A stretch of 64,000 nucleotides of DNA from an uncultured candidate division Zixibacteria bacterium (GCA_963707365.1 CAVPPI010000004.1:341469-405468), one strand, 5' to 3'; positions 35,940 to 45,245 are shown, numbered from the stretch's first letter. Program-made: numbers and translations. Notes: generated by a model from the letters alone, not told the origin.

Positions 35940-37124
35940 ATGGCACTCGGCATCAAGAAAGTCTCCGTTTTTACAGTCACCTTCTCAGCGGTATCAGTCT
36001 ATATAGGTTTCTATGCCTGGCGGGTGATGTTCAACAATTTCGCTGTCGAGGTGTTTGAAGCATCTCCTACCGATGTCGGCGTTATTCAGGCCGCGCGTGA
36101 AATACCGGGGCTTTTGGCTTTTGGTGTCGGCGCCCTCGCTGTCTATTTCACTGAATCGAAAATTGCTGCTATTTCTATCGTGACTATCGGGCTGGGCTTG
36201 CTCCTGTGCGGACTTGCGCCCACGCTGGTAGTGCTTGGTTTGGCCACAGTTCTAATGTCTTTTGGATTTCACTATTTTGAACCGATGAATTCATCGCAAC
36301 TGCTAACTCTCTCAAAATCCGAGGAACTGGGGAGAGTGCAAGGGAAGCTGCTTTCGTTTGAAGCCATGGCCGGTCTTGTCGGCGCCGGGTTGGTTCTTCT
36401 GCTGACTTTCTTTCTGGACTTCAGGGTTACATTCTACCTGATAGGCGGATTGGTGATAGCGATCGGGCTGTACCTGACGCTCGCTCTGCCATCAAATCGC
36501 GGAAAGACCGAGCAGCGCAAGGTACGGATCAAGAAGAAATATTGGCTGTATTATACGCTCTCGTTTCTCAGGGGGTGCCGGCGACACATCTTCACGACGT
36601 TTGCTATATTTCTGCTTGTTAAGAATCACGGACTGAACATAACGGTAATCTCCACGCTGATGTTAGCCACCGCGGGTCTGACGATCTTCACTAACCGTAT
36701 TTTGGGCCATCTTTCCGACAGAATAGGGGAGAGGGCCGTGCTGGCGGGGTGTTCGTTTTTGCTGGTATTTATATTTACAGGATATGCTTATGTGACTTTC
36801 CTGCCGGTGCTGATAGCCTTCTATATCATCGACAATGTTCTGTTTGGTTCATCGATTGCGCTCAAGTCTTACCTGAAAAAGATTTCGACGCCCGAGGATT
36901 TAACCAATTGTCTGTCGTTTGGTATGACAGCGAACCATATCACGGCGGTTGTGATTCCTGTTGTAGGCGGTGTGCTCTGGGCTACGTTTGGGCACGAGGT
37001 TACTTTTATCGCCGGTGCGGCTATTGTATTTGTGGACCTGCTGTTTGCTCTGAAGGTGCCGCGGAACGGGAAGATTGTGGAATTCCAGGCGTCAGCAACT
37101 GTCAGCAACGAGACATCAGGCTGA
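35940..37124 (+). CDS. MFS transporter
   Basis: 394 aa, ~12 TM helices in two six-helix halves separated by a basic loop (..NRGKTEQRKVRIKKKYW..). Confidence 0.8.
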   Translation: MALGIKKVSVFTVTFSAVSVYIGFYAWRVMFNNFAVEVFEASPTDVGVIQAAREIPGLLAFGVGALAVYFTESKIAAISIVTIGLGLLLCGLAPTLVVLGLATVLMSFGFHYFEPMNSSQLLTLSKSEELGRVQGKLLSFEAMAGLVGAGLVLLLTFFLDFRVTFYLIGGLVIAIGLYLTLALPSNRGKTEQRKVRIKKKYWLYYTLSFLRGCRRHIFTTFAIFLLVKNHGLNITVISTLMLATAGLTIFTNRILGHLSDRIGERAVLAGCSFLLVFIFTGYAYVTFLPVLIAFYIIDNVLFGSSIALKSYLKKISTPEDLTNCLSFGMTANHITAVVIPVVGGVLWATFGHEVTFIAGAAIVFVDLLFALKVPRNGKIVEFQASATVSNETSG

Positions 37125-37175
37125 ACGCCTTCATGGTCCCTTGATTCTCGCTGCCTTATCTCGTATACTCCCACC

Positions 37176-37625
37176 ATGCCGGAAAAACCTTTAGTTTCAC
37201 TACGCGAAATAACGGAAGATACGGTCAATAGTATTCTGGCCCTTGAGGTGGCTGACAATCAAAAGGGTTTTGTGGCCACTAACGCCAAATCGTTGGCCCA
37301 GGCGCATTTCTCAAATAATGCCTGGTATCGCGGCATCTACGCCGATGACACTCCGGTCGGTTTCGTGATGCTCTATGTAGATACCGATAAGCGCGATTAC
37401 TTTCTATGGCGGTTCATGATCGATAAAAACCATCAGAAGAAAGATTACGGTCTTTGCGCTATGAAGCTGGTTATTGATTTCGTCCGGTCCCTTCCCGGGG
37501 CGACGGAGTTTGGCCTGAGTTTTGTGCCAGGGAATGGCGATCCATCGGGGTTTTACGCCAAGCTGGGTTTTGTCGAAACCGATGAGTGGGAGGGCGGCGA
37601 AAAGGTCATGCGATTGAACCTGTGA
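37176..37625 (+). CDS. GNAT-family N-acetyltransferase
   Basis: 149 aa. ..WRFMIDKNHQKKDYGLCAMKLVIDF.. (acetyl-CoA motif A region) and ..FYAKLGFVETDE.. Confidence 0.8.
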   Translation: MPEKPLVSLREITEDTVNSILALEVADNQKGFVATNAKSLAQAHFSNNAWYRGIYADDTPVGFVMLYVDTDKRDYFLWRFMIDKNHQKKDYGLCAMKLVIDFVRSLPGATEFGLSFVPGNGDPSGFYAKLGFVETDEWEGGEKVMRLNL

Positions 37626-37755
37626 GTCGCCTATCCGGAGATAGCCGGAATCGTTTTTCGGCCATGAAACAATCTGATATCCCCGCCGTAAGGTAGATGT
37701 TAATCAGCTTATATTAATCGTCTTCAACGGGTCCATCTAAAGCAGGGAAGGTACT

Positions 37756-40152
37756 ATGAAAGCGACAATACTCATTGTCATATTACTAATGCTCTCCACG
37801 GTTGCGGTGGCCGCGGACAGTAGTACTGGTGAAGGTCATATCAAGGGCCGTATCGAAGGTGTGATTGTCAATCAAAATGGCGCCCGACCGTTGGTTGGGG
37901 CGACGGTCTACCTGGTCGACAGGTTTGGCGGAGCGATTGCCGATGATGAGGGTCATTTTGTCATCAACAATCTTAGTCCCGGGACTTATGCTCTGCGTAT
38001 CAGCCACCTCGGTTTTGAGCCGTACCAGCTCGATAGCATCGTAGTAACCGGTGATGCGGCGGTGCAAGTTGAGATTGAGCTTGTGGAAAAGGCATATGAT
38101 ATCAAAGGCATCACTGTCACACCGGGCCGATTCTCTATCATGGGTACGGAATCGGCGGCCAGTCAGAGCCTTACGCGGAGGGAGTTGGAAACGACTCCTC
38201 AAGTAGGGGAAGATATATACCGCGCAGTAAGTCGTCTGCCCGGCGTGACGGCCGAGGATTTCTCCTCGCGCTTTTATGTGCGGGGGGGCGAATACGAGGA
38301 GGTGTTGGTCACCCTCGACGGGGTGCAGCTTTACGAGCCGTTTCATTTGAAGGAATTCAAAGGCGGCCTGTTCAGCGCTGTCGATGGCGCTGCCATTGAG
38401 AGTATTGAACTCATGACGGGCGGCTTTACCGCGCAGTATGGCGATCGGGCAAGTGGCGTCTTCAACATCACCAGCCATCACCCTCCCACCGGCAAGAGAA
38501 AAGTGTCAGCGGCAGTGAGTTTTATGAACGCCCGCGTTATGACCGAGGGCACCTTCGCCGAAAACCGCGGTTCGTGGATGGTATCGGGGCGAAGGGGTTA
38601 CCTCGATGTGCTTCTAAAAATAGCCGGCGAGGGGGAGAAACTGCGTCCGACTTACTACGATCTGATGGGAAAGGTCCAGTATCAGCTCAGCAACAAACAG
38701 ATTCTTTCGGCGCATGTGTTCCACGCCGGTGATCGTTTCAAAGTTATCGACAACGACGACAACGATGCTGATACGATTATCACATCGTACGACAATTCTT
38801 ATGCCTGGTTCAATCTCAAATCGCAGATGCATCAGCGACTCATGGGTCAGACCGTGCTGTCCGTTGGCGTGGTGAAACACAACCGCTACGGCTTTTCATA
38901 CTGGCGAAGTCAGCAGATTGAGGATGCCAGGGTCGACGACGGTCAGGAGTTTACTGTTCTGGGGGGGAAGTCGGACTGGGAGTTAGAGATTACGGATAAG
39001 CAGTTGATTCGGATGGGATTTGAAGCGCGGGCTTTGTCGGCCGACTACAATTACTTTGGCACCGATCAATTCTACTACTTCGGTGATGACGGCGTGGTCG
39101 AGTTGGACCGCATCGATACTATCAGTTACAGTCTGGAACCATCGGGTAACCAGATAGGCGCCTACGTGTCCTATCGAACGCAGGTCGGACCGCGGCTGAC
39201 TGTGGAATTCGGTGAACGTTTTGACCGTCACTCATATACCGGCGACGAGCATTTCTCGCCGCGCTTGAATTTCGCCTATCAAGTCGATGAATCCACAACC
39301 CTTCGCGCCGGCTGGGGTTATTTTTACCAGGCTCAGAGAATCGATGAGTTGTTGGTGGGGGACAACATGACGGAGTTCATGCCGGCGGAGAGGGCCGAAC
39401 ACAAAACTGTAGGTCTTGAGCACGATTTCGGCACCGGTGTGCGTATGCGCATAGAAGCATACCATAAGAAATATACCGACCTTAGACCCGAAGCGCGCAA
39501 TACTTTCGATGCCCTGAATGTCTTCCCGGAGTTTGAGGATGATCGCATTATTGTCTATCGTGACCACGCGACAGCCAAAGGTCTGGAGGTCTTCCTTAAA
39601 CGCGAGACGGGTAGCAAGTTTACCTGGTGGGCCAGCTACGCGTACGCGAAGGTCGAGGATAGCATTTCTCGCATCTTATATCGCAAAGTCTCCGGTCCCG
39701 ACGGTCTTGAGGTCACTTACAACGACAACTACCCCAATCCCCACGACCAGAGGCATACCGTATATCTGGATATGAGTTACAGGCCTACACTAAAATGGCA
39801 ATTCAACCTTGCCTGGAGCTATCACAGCGGATGGCCCTACACTGGCGTCTTTCTGGCTTCAGGCATTAACGAAAACGGTGATCCGGTCGTCTGGCTGAAC
39901 CAGGACGAATTGCTGGCGGAAAATTACCCGGACTACAACCGGATCGATTTTCGCATTAACCGATACTTCGACATCTGGGGCGGGCGTCTGACAGCCTTCC
40001 TTGAGTTGATCAATGTTCTGGGGAACGACAATGTTCGGGGATACGATTACGATATCCTATCGGGGCCCAGCGGACTGTATATCGAGCAGGACCCCGAAAA
40101 CGCTTTTGGAACGCTTCCCGTACTCGGGGTGAGTTTCAGTCTGAACATGTAG
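37756..40152 (+). CDS. TonB-dependent receptor with N-terminal CarboxypepD_reg domain
   Basis: Signal peptide. ..GATVYLVDRFGGAIADDEGHFVINNLSPGTYALRISHLGFEP.., a plug domain (..RAVSRLPGVTAE..RGGEYEEVLVTLDGVQLYEPFH..), and a ~550-aa barrel. Confidence 0.9.
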   Translation: MKATILIVILLMLSTVAVAADSSTGEGHIKGRIEGVIVNQNGARPLVGATVYLVDRFGGAIADDEGHFVINNLSPGTYALRISHLGFEPYQLDSIVVTGDAAVQVEIELVEKAYDIKGITVTPGRFSIMGTESAASQSLTRRELETTPQVGEDIYRAVSRLPGVTAEDFSSRFYVRGGEYEEVLVTLDGVQLYEPFHLKEFKGGLFSAVDGAAIESIELMTGGFTAQYGDRASGVFNITSHHPPTGKRKVSAAVSFMNARVMTEGTFAENRGSWMVSGRRGYLDVLLKIAGEGEKLRPTYYDLMGKVQYQLSNKQILSAHVFHAGDRFKVIDNDDNDADTIITSYDNSYAWFNLKSQMHQRLMGQTVLSVGVVKHNRYGFSYWRSQQIEDARVDDGQEFTVLGGKSDWELEITDKQLIRMGFEARALSADYNYFGTDQFYYFGDDGVVELDRIDTISYSLEPSGNQIGAYVSYRTQVGPRLTVEFGERFDRHSYTGDEHFSPRLNFAYQVDESTTLRAGWGYFYQAQRIDELLVGDNMTEFMPAERAEHKTVGLEHDFGTGVRMRIEAYHKKYTDLRPEARNTFDALNVFPEFEDDRIIVYRDHATAKGLEVFLKRETGSKFTWWASYAYAKVEDSISRILYRKVSGPDGLEVTYNDNYPNPHDQRHTVYLDMSYRPTLKWQFNLAWSYHSGWPYTGVFLASGINENGDPVVWLNQDELLAENYPDYNRIDFRINRYFDIWGGRLTAFLELINVLGNDNVRGYDYDILSGPSGLYIEQDPENAFGTLPVLGVSFSLNM

Positions 40153-40419
40153 AGTCTTCACGCGGCGGGAGTCGTGCCCGGCTCCTGCCGTCCGTAGTCA
40201 CCATACTGCTCATTTTTCGAACACCTCATTGTCTGCCGATTCTCTGCACGGCAAATACTCATATGTGACACATTGGCCGACTCCCGGTTCCGGGTTCTTT
40301 CCCGGCGTAAGGTTATGGTATGGATGTGGTTGCAATCGTAGGGCGGTTTTGTCCATAGTCGGCGCGGCTTTTGCATTGACATCTCTGGAAGCAAAGTCTT
40401 TTGCCCAACGGAGAATACT

Positions 40420-41121
40420 ATGAAAAAAACAATTATCTTCTTCGCCCTGGTGACTATCACAGTCGTGATTTTACTGGTTGGCTGTGAGAAGGAAAAGATC
40501 GTGGAATCGACGGAATATATCCGCGAGGTTGAGTTTCAAACGGACACCGTCTTTCGAGTGGATACCGTTATCGATTCTGACGGAAGCCCCGTGCAGACAA
40601 TCGACACCGTTCTGATACAGGATACTGTTGAGGTATCGGACACGGTGACTGTGACCGAGACGGACTACATCTACGATACCACCATGATCTACGATACGGT
40701 GACAGTGCAGAACAATTATTACGACACTGTCGTGGTAACGGACACCGTGGAGACACTTCGATGCTACGCAAATGAATATTTCGCGTTTGCGGCGATGCAG
40801 AATTACTGCGATCCTCTGGTAATTCAGTTTATTAATCAGGAGTTCGGTTACACCGATGGATGGATCTACTATTTATCGATGTTCCAGAGCGACGTAGCTG
40901 TGGTGTCGTCCAATGTCTATGACATCTACGGTTATTGTGACTACTGGACACCTGACTGGTCCGGTTACTATCCGCTGGAATATTACTGGCGTCTGACGTT
41001 CACCGGCGGCGACCCGACAGATTTGGCCAACTGGCAGATGGCTGAACCGCCGACAATGGCAGCCAGCCGTACACCCGGCATCAAACTTGTCCCGTCTGAT
41101 GCACGAGTTAAATTGCGCTAA
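40420..41121 (+). CDS. lipoprotein of unknown function with D-T-V repeat region
   Basis: Lipobox LLVGC. Nine D-T-[VT] triplets occur within ~75 aa (..TDTVFRVDTVIDS..TIDTVLIQDTVEVSDTVTVTETDYIYDTTMIYDTVTVQNNYYDTVVVTDTVE..), followed by an aromatic-rich C-terminal half. Confidence 0.65.
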   Translation: MKKTIIFFALVTITVVILLVGCEKEKIVESTEYIREVEFQTDTVFRVDTVIDSDGSPVQTIDTVLIQDTVEVSDTVTVTETDYIYDTTMIYDTVTVQNNYYDTVVVTDTVETLRCYANEYFAFAAMQNYCDPLVIQFINQEFGYTDGWIYYLSMFQSDVAVVSSNVYDIYGYCDYWTPDWSGYYPLEYYWRLTFTGGDPTDLANWQMAEPPTMAASRTPGIKLVPSDARVKLR

Positions 41122-41280
41122 GCACGTCATCCGACGTGGCCTGATTGTCCTGATTCGAATCATTCGGGGGGCGTTTGCCGCCCCCCGACTAATATCCCAA
41201 CCAATTCTCATTCAACCCTTTGTGTATACCGGAGTACATTCCCCGCGGCCGCCCGGGTTATCGTCGGTTTCTCCACATCA

Positions 41281-41302
41281 ATGTATACATTATTGTATAC
41301 AT
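41281..41302. promoter_or_regulatory. tandem palindromic boxes (candidate operator)
   Basis: ATGTATACAT (41281..41290) and TGTATACA (41294..41301), with starts 12 bp apart, ~150 bp upstream of the decahaem cytochrome start. Confidence 0.3.
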
Positions 41303-41451
41303 TGTGGCGATATTGGACCGCCGTGGTCATAAATTATGAGTTTTGTCCTTTTTGTTGTTGACATCGAAATGTGTTTTAGCCTTTTTTGTAACCAAAGATA
41401 TTATTTGGCTAATGCTGAGGAAACGTGTGTCTATCGAATTGGGGGTGATGC

Positions 41452-41760
41452 ATGGCGCCGTATATATCAGTGGCTCGTAAATGTGCCCTGTCTCTAATAG
41501 TCGTCTCCTGTTATTTCTTAATCTTCTGTTCCGCGTCGTATGCGGACCTGCCTGATGTGGCCGATGAAGATTGTGCCGCATGTCATGAAGATTTCGACAG
41601 GAAATTAACCTCAACCGCCCACAGGCTTTCCTCAACTATAGATAAACCTTCTATGGCAGTTGCTTGCGTGTCCTGTCACGAGGGCTCAACAGCACACCTG
41701 GACGATCCCGGCACGTGGGACAATCGGCAATCCGGCGGTAATGGAACCGGTCGGCGTTGA
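41452..41760 (+). CDS. MtrA/DmsE-like decahaem c-type cytochrome, N-terminal fragment (frame break ~41700..41757)
   Basis: Signal peptide (..CSASYA/DL) and haem motifs CAACH and CVSCH. The tail ..WDNRQSGGNGTGRR is out of frame. Confidence 0.8.
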   Translation: MAPYISVARKCALSLIVVSCYFLIFCSASYADLPDVADEDCAACHEDFDRKLTSTAHRLSSTIDKPSMAVACVSCHEGSTAHLDDPGTWDNRQSGGNGTGRR

Positions 41761-42394
41761 GAAGGTGTGTACGGGCTGCCACGAAGCACATCTGCAGGCC
41801 CATACGGCCGGGTTTGACCCGCATGTCGGGTTGGATCTATCGTGTACTTCGTGTCACTCAATCCATGGAGGAAGTCGCAATCTCCTCATCGATGAGGCCG
41901 GTGGTTTTTGCGGAACATGCCATGTGGCCGTAGTTAATGAGTTCCGAAAGAGATCAAACCATCCGTTGACCGGCCAGAACGTGGGTTGTATCGACTGCCA
42001 TAGCTTTTCTGCGAGCAGTGAGCCCGATTACGGACACGGCAGCAATGCCACTTGTTTCAATTGTCACCCGCTGGAGAGTGGTCCGTTTCTCTTTGAACAT
42101 GAAGCTGCCAACTCGTTTACGCCCGAAGGCGGCGGGTGCGTGGCCTGTCATTCGCCTCATGGTAGCTCGAATGAACGTCTCCTCAATCAACCCGACAATC
42201 GCCTGTGTCTTCAGTGTCATGGGGCACCGCCCGGTCACCTGACGGCGCACGATGGCGACCTGGCTGGCTATGCTTGTATGGACTGCCACAGCGATGTACA
42301 TGGATCATATGATAATCTCTATCTGCTTGATCCGCAGCTTGGCAGCAAACTCGGAAGCGGTCCGGATGGTTGCTTCTGCCATTACTACCGGTAG
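41660..42394 (+). CDS. MtrA/DmsE-like decahaem c-type cytochrome, C-terminal fragment
   Basis: Eight CXXCH motifs (CTGCH, CTSCH, CGTCH, CIDCH, CFNCH, CVACH, CLQCH, CMDCH). Blocks such as ..KRSNHPL..CIDCH and GPFLFEH are collinear with MtrA as I recall it. Confidence 0.8.
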   Translation: MLACPVTRAQQHTWTIPARGTIGNPAVMEPVGVEKVCTGCHEAHLQAHTAGFDPHVGLDLSCTSCHSIHGGSRNLLIDEAGGFCGTCHVAVVNEFRKRSNHPLTGQNVGCIDCHSFSASSEPDYGHGSNATCFNCHPLESGPFLFEHEAANSFTPEGGGCVACHSPHGSSNERLLNQPDNRLCLQCHGAPPGHLTAHDGDLAGYACMDCHSDVHGSYDNLYLLDPQLGSKLGSGPDGCFCHYYR

Positions 42395-42409
42395 GAAGGT
42401 GGCTAATAT

Positions 42410-43981
42410 ATGAAGAAACACTACCATAGGATTCTTGTCGCCGCAGTGGCCGTTGTGTTTGCGCTTTCGGGTGCGGCCGGTGCTCAGAACGGCGAGTACG
42501 ATGGAACCATCAAGGCCGGATACGTTTTTGTGGACACTGAAGGCAACAAAGGTGTCAACCAGAATACATTTAATCTCTACCAGGGTCTTGATCTGTCCCT
42601 GGAACGCTTCTCATACCGTTTCGACAACGGCCTGAATCTCGCCGCCAATATTCAGAATGTGGCCCAGCGAAGTCGCAACCTGGCTCTCAGTGCTACGAAA
42701 TCAGGTCAGTGGGGAGTAGGGTTCAACCACAACGGCTACCGGCGACCGTACGATTTCAACGGTGATATCGAAACGAAGCGTTATCGTAGTAATGGTCAGT
42801 TGTGGTGGCGGGCCACACCGTGGGCCAAGTTCTATGGAGGACTTGGTGTGCTCAAGAAAAGTGGCGATATGCTAAACCTGTTTGAGCCGGAAATGGACGC
42901 TTCCGCCAACGGGATTGATTACTCGTTATGGTCTTATCACGGCGGTGTGACCGTTCAACGAGACCGCAAGGTCGCGCAGGTAGAATTTCGGCGTTCGACG
43001 TTCACCGACGAAATCGATTTCAATAACGATCGCTCGACTGTGCGTTTCCGGGCTTCAGGTTCAATGCCCATCCCGGACTACGAGGACCTGACAGTCAACG
43101 CCGGTTACCAGTTTTATCGTAATGCCTTCGAAAGACGCATCGATACGCTCAAGGCTCACACGTTCTGGGGGGGAGCTCGCTTTGCCAACCGTGATGGATA
43201 CCTGGTTCGTTACAGCTTCATCTTTGACCGGGCCAGACGCACCGGCGATCTCACCGATGCCGACAACATCACGCACGCCGTTTATATCGGTAAAAGTTGG
43301 TTGCGAAAGGGCGGTGTGACAGTCGGATACCGGTATCGGATGAACGATGATGCTCTCGATGAACTTACCGGTAACGGTTATTTCGTTACGGCCTGGTTGC
43401 GGCCGGTTGAGGATTTCAGTCTAAAGGCAGGCTATGGCTCCGATGAAATGGACGTTGATGCGGGCCGGACGCTAACGGGCAAGACCGAACGAAGTCGTGG
43501 CTGGGTATCAGCGCGCTATCTTTCGGAATATGGATGGGTACGCGTCAAAGTACAGAATCGACAGACGGATAACGAGGATATCGGCAGTTCGGCTGATTTC
43601 ACCCGGTTCGCAACCGACCTGTCGGTGGAATTGTCCAAGTACGGAACGGCGACCGGATCTTATTCATACGGCACAGGCGAGTACAAAAACAGCGCCGGTG
43701 AATTCGAATATAATGAACATATAATAAATGGAGATATAACCTCAAAAGAATATCGCAATTTCACATTCGGGTTCGGCGGCATGTATCTTCGCAGCCAGCG
43801 AGATCTGAACGTTGAGAGTTTCTCGGTTCGATTCTCCGGTCGGTACCGGTTTGAAAGCGGACTGGGACTCGAATTCGAATATAGTTCGCACAACTTCGAT
43901 AATCTCGATGATGCTTCGCCCATATACAGCGAATACTACACCGACAATGTCGTGCGAATCGGTCTCTCTTATGATTTGTAA
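42410..43981 (+). CDS. outer-membrane beta-barrel protein (putative porin partner of the decahaem cytochrome)
   Basis: Signal peptide ..LSGAAGA/QN and no Cys. Repeated amphipathic strands (VTVGYRYRM, YFVTAWLRP, GWVRVKVQN, FTFGFGGMYLRS, FSVRFSGRYRF, VVRIGLSYDL-end). It is positioned between two multihaem cytochrome genes. Confidence 0.6.
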   Translation: MKKHYHRILVAAVAVVFALSGAAGAQNGEYDGTIKAGYVFVDTEGNKGVNQNTFNLYQGLDLSLERFSYRFDNGLNLAANIQNVAQRSRNLALSATKSGQWGVGFNHNGYRRPYDFNGDIETKRYRSNGQLWWRATPWAKFYGGLGVLKKSGDMLNLFEPEMDASANGIDYSLWSYHGGVTVQRDRKVAQVEFRRSTFTDEIDFNNDRSTVRFRASGSMPIPDYEDLTVNAGYQFYRNAFERRIDTLKAHTFWGGARFANRDGYLVRYSFIFDRARRTGDLTDADNITHAVYIGKSWLRKGGVTVGYRYRMNDDALDELTGNGYFVTAWLRPVEDFSLKAGYGSDEMDVDAGRTLTGKTERSRGWVSARYLSEYGWVRVKVQNRQTDNEDIGSSADFTRFATDLSVELSKYGTATGSYSYGTGEYKNSAGEFEYNEHIINGDITSKEYRNFTFGFGGMYLRSQRDLNVESFSVRFSGRYRFESGLGLEFEYSSHNFDNLDDASPIYSEYYTDNVVRIGLSYDL

Positions 43982-44022
43982 TCAAAAAGTGGTGGCTATA
44001 CTGTTGAAAACAAGGAGGAAAG

Positions 44023-44121
44023 ATGGATAAACTCAAGTATGTAGCGATTGGCCTGGCGTTGCTGCTGTTGGTCCTGGTCGGTTGTGAACGGGAGATATCG
44101 AGCGGAACGTCCAAACGGTAG
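44023..44121 (+). CDS. lipoprotein signal-peptide fragment of the downstream cytochrome gene
   Basis: MDKLKYVAIGLALLLLVLVGCEREISSGTSKR*, with lipobox LVGC. The downstream cytochrome frame is open from 44088, so a single indel near 44088..44105 joins the two. Confidence 0.6.
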   Translation: MDKLKYVAIGLALLLLVLVGCEREISSGTSKR

Positions 44122-44144
44122 ACAACGGTAGCGACGATTGTCTG

Positions 44145-45074
44145 GTGTGTCACAGTGGTTATCTTGATCAGGCGCAGGGCGAATGGGCTAACTCTATTCA
44201 TGCGTCCGGCAACTATATCGATTACACTAACCGGGGCGGCTCCGACTGCACCAAATGTCACAATGAGGAAGGTTACCTGTCTTTCCTGGAGACCGGCACA
44301 CTTCCCGATGTGCCGTTTGAGAGTGTTAGTGCCATTGGATGTTTCACCTGCCACAATCCGCATGAGACAGGTACGTTGGAGCTGAGGCAGACGGAGGCTG
44401 TGATGCTGATTGACGGAGTCATGTTTGACCACGGCACCGCTAACCAGTGTGCTGCCTGTCATCAATCGCGGTATGACCCGGCTGATATTGTGGCCGATAT
44501 TTCAGTCAACAATCGCTTTGGACCTCATCACGGTAATCAGGGTGATATGATTCAGGGGACTAATGGATACGAGTTCCCCGGCGAGAGTTATGAATTTCCG
44601 CTTTCACCTCACGCTAATCAAGTGACCAATGCGTGTATCGGATGCCACATGGGTGATCCGCAAACACACGTTGGCTATAAGCTGGGCGGGCATTCGTTCA
44701 ATATGACGATTGAAGGTTCGGACGAAACGCTCGTGGATATATGCGCCGCGAGCAGCTGTCACGGCGAAGATGTTGAGGAATACGATTTCCTGGCCGACGA
44801 GGACTATGACCTCGACGGTGAGATCGAGGGATACCAGACTGAAATTCTGGGTATGCTCGATTCGCTGGCGATATTACTTGAAGGTCAGGGAGTACTGGAG
44901 GACGGCACCCCGGTTTCCACCACCATTGCCGATCCTCATGTGGCCGGGGCGCTCTACAACTGGGTGTTTGTCGAGGAAGATCGGTCTGAGGGCATTCACA
45001 ATTTCAACTATGCCCGGAGTCTTCTGGAAGCCTCGATTGATTATGTTTCGAATTTGCCTGTTAATGGCACGTAG
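44145..45074 (+). CDS. multihaem c-type cytochrome (5 CXXCH plus one CX4CH-like site), probable surface lipoprotein
   Basis: CLVCH (straddling the listed GTG start), CTKCH, CFTCH, CAACH, CIGCH, and CAASSCH at 44742..44762. C-terminal ..SEGIHNFNYARSLLEA.. is of a type seen in many multihaem cytochromes. Confidence 0.8.
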   Translation: MCHSGYLDQAQGEWANSIHASGNYIDYTNRGGSDCTKCHNEEGYLSFLETGTLPDVPFESVSAIGCFTCHNPHETGTLELRQTEAVMLIDGVMFDHGTANQCAACHQSRYDPADIVADISVNNRFGPHHGNQGDMIQGTNGYEFPGESYEFPLSPHANQVTNACIGCHMGDPQTHVGYKLGGHSFNMTIEGSDETLVDICAASSCHGEDVEEYDFLADEDYDLDGEIEGYQTEILGMLDSLAILLEGQGVLEDGTPVSTTIADPHVAGALYNWVFVEEDRSEGIHNFNYARSLLEASIDYVSNLPVNGT

Positions 45075-45098
45075 GCCATTGAACACGATATACGTATC

Positions 45099-45128
45099 AA
45101 GCCCCTTCTGTGCGGAAGGGGCTTTTTT
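45099..45128 (+). terminator. rho-independent terminator after the cytochrome cluster
   Basis: AAGCCCCTT (45099..45107) / AAGGGGCTT (45116..45124), running into T6. Confidence 0.8.
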
Positions 45129-45245
45129 GTTGGTCCTAACAGTCCTGTGTCTGCGCGTGCAGCCATGCTGGCACGAGAAATTGTAGTTGCGTATCTTGCT
45201 ATCGCTGTATAAATTACCCGCGCTAACCAGATCAGACAACGTCTG

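Noticed and set aside
45169-45190. Sigma-54-type promoter TGGCAC upstream of tRNA-Leu, and TGGAAC at 13052..13057 upstream of the first GWxTD gene.
   Set aside because: The -12 element is wrong in sequence or spacing: TGGCAC-N6-TTGT or N12-TTGC at the first site, and the GC dinucleotide 5 nt too far away at the second.
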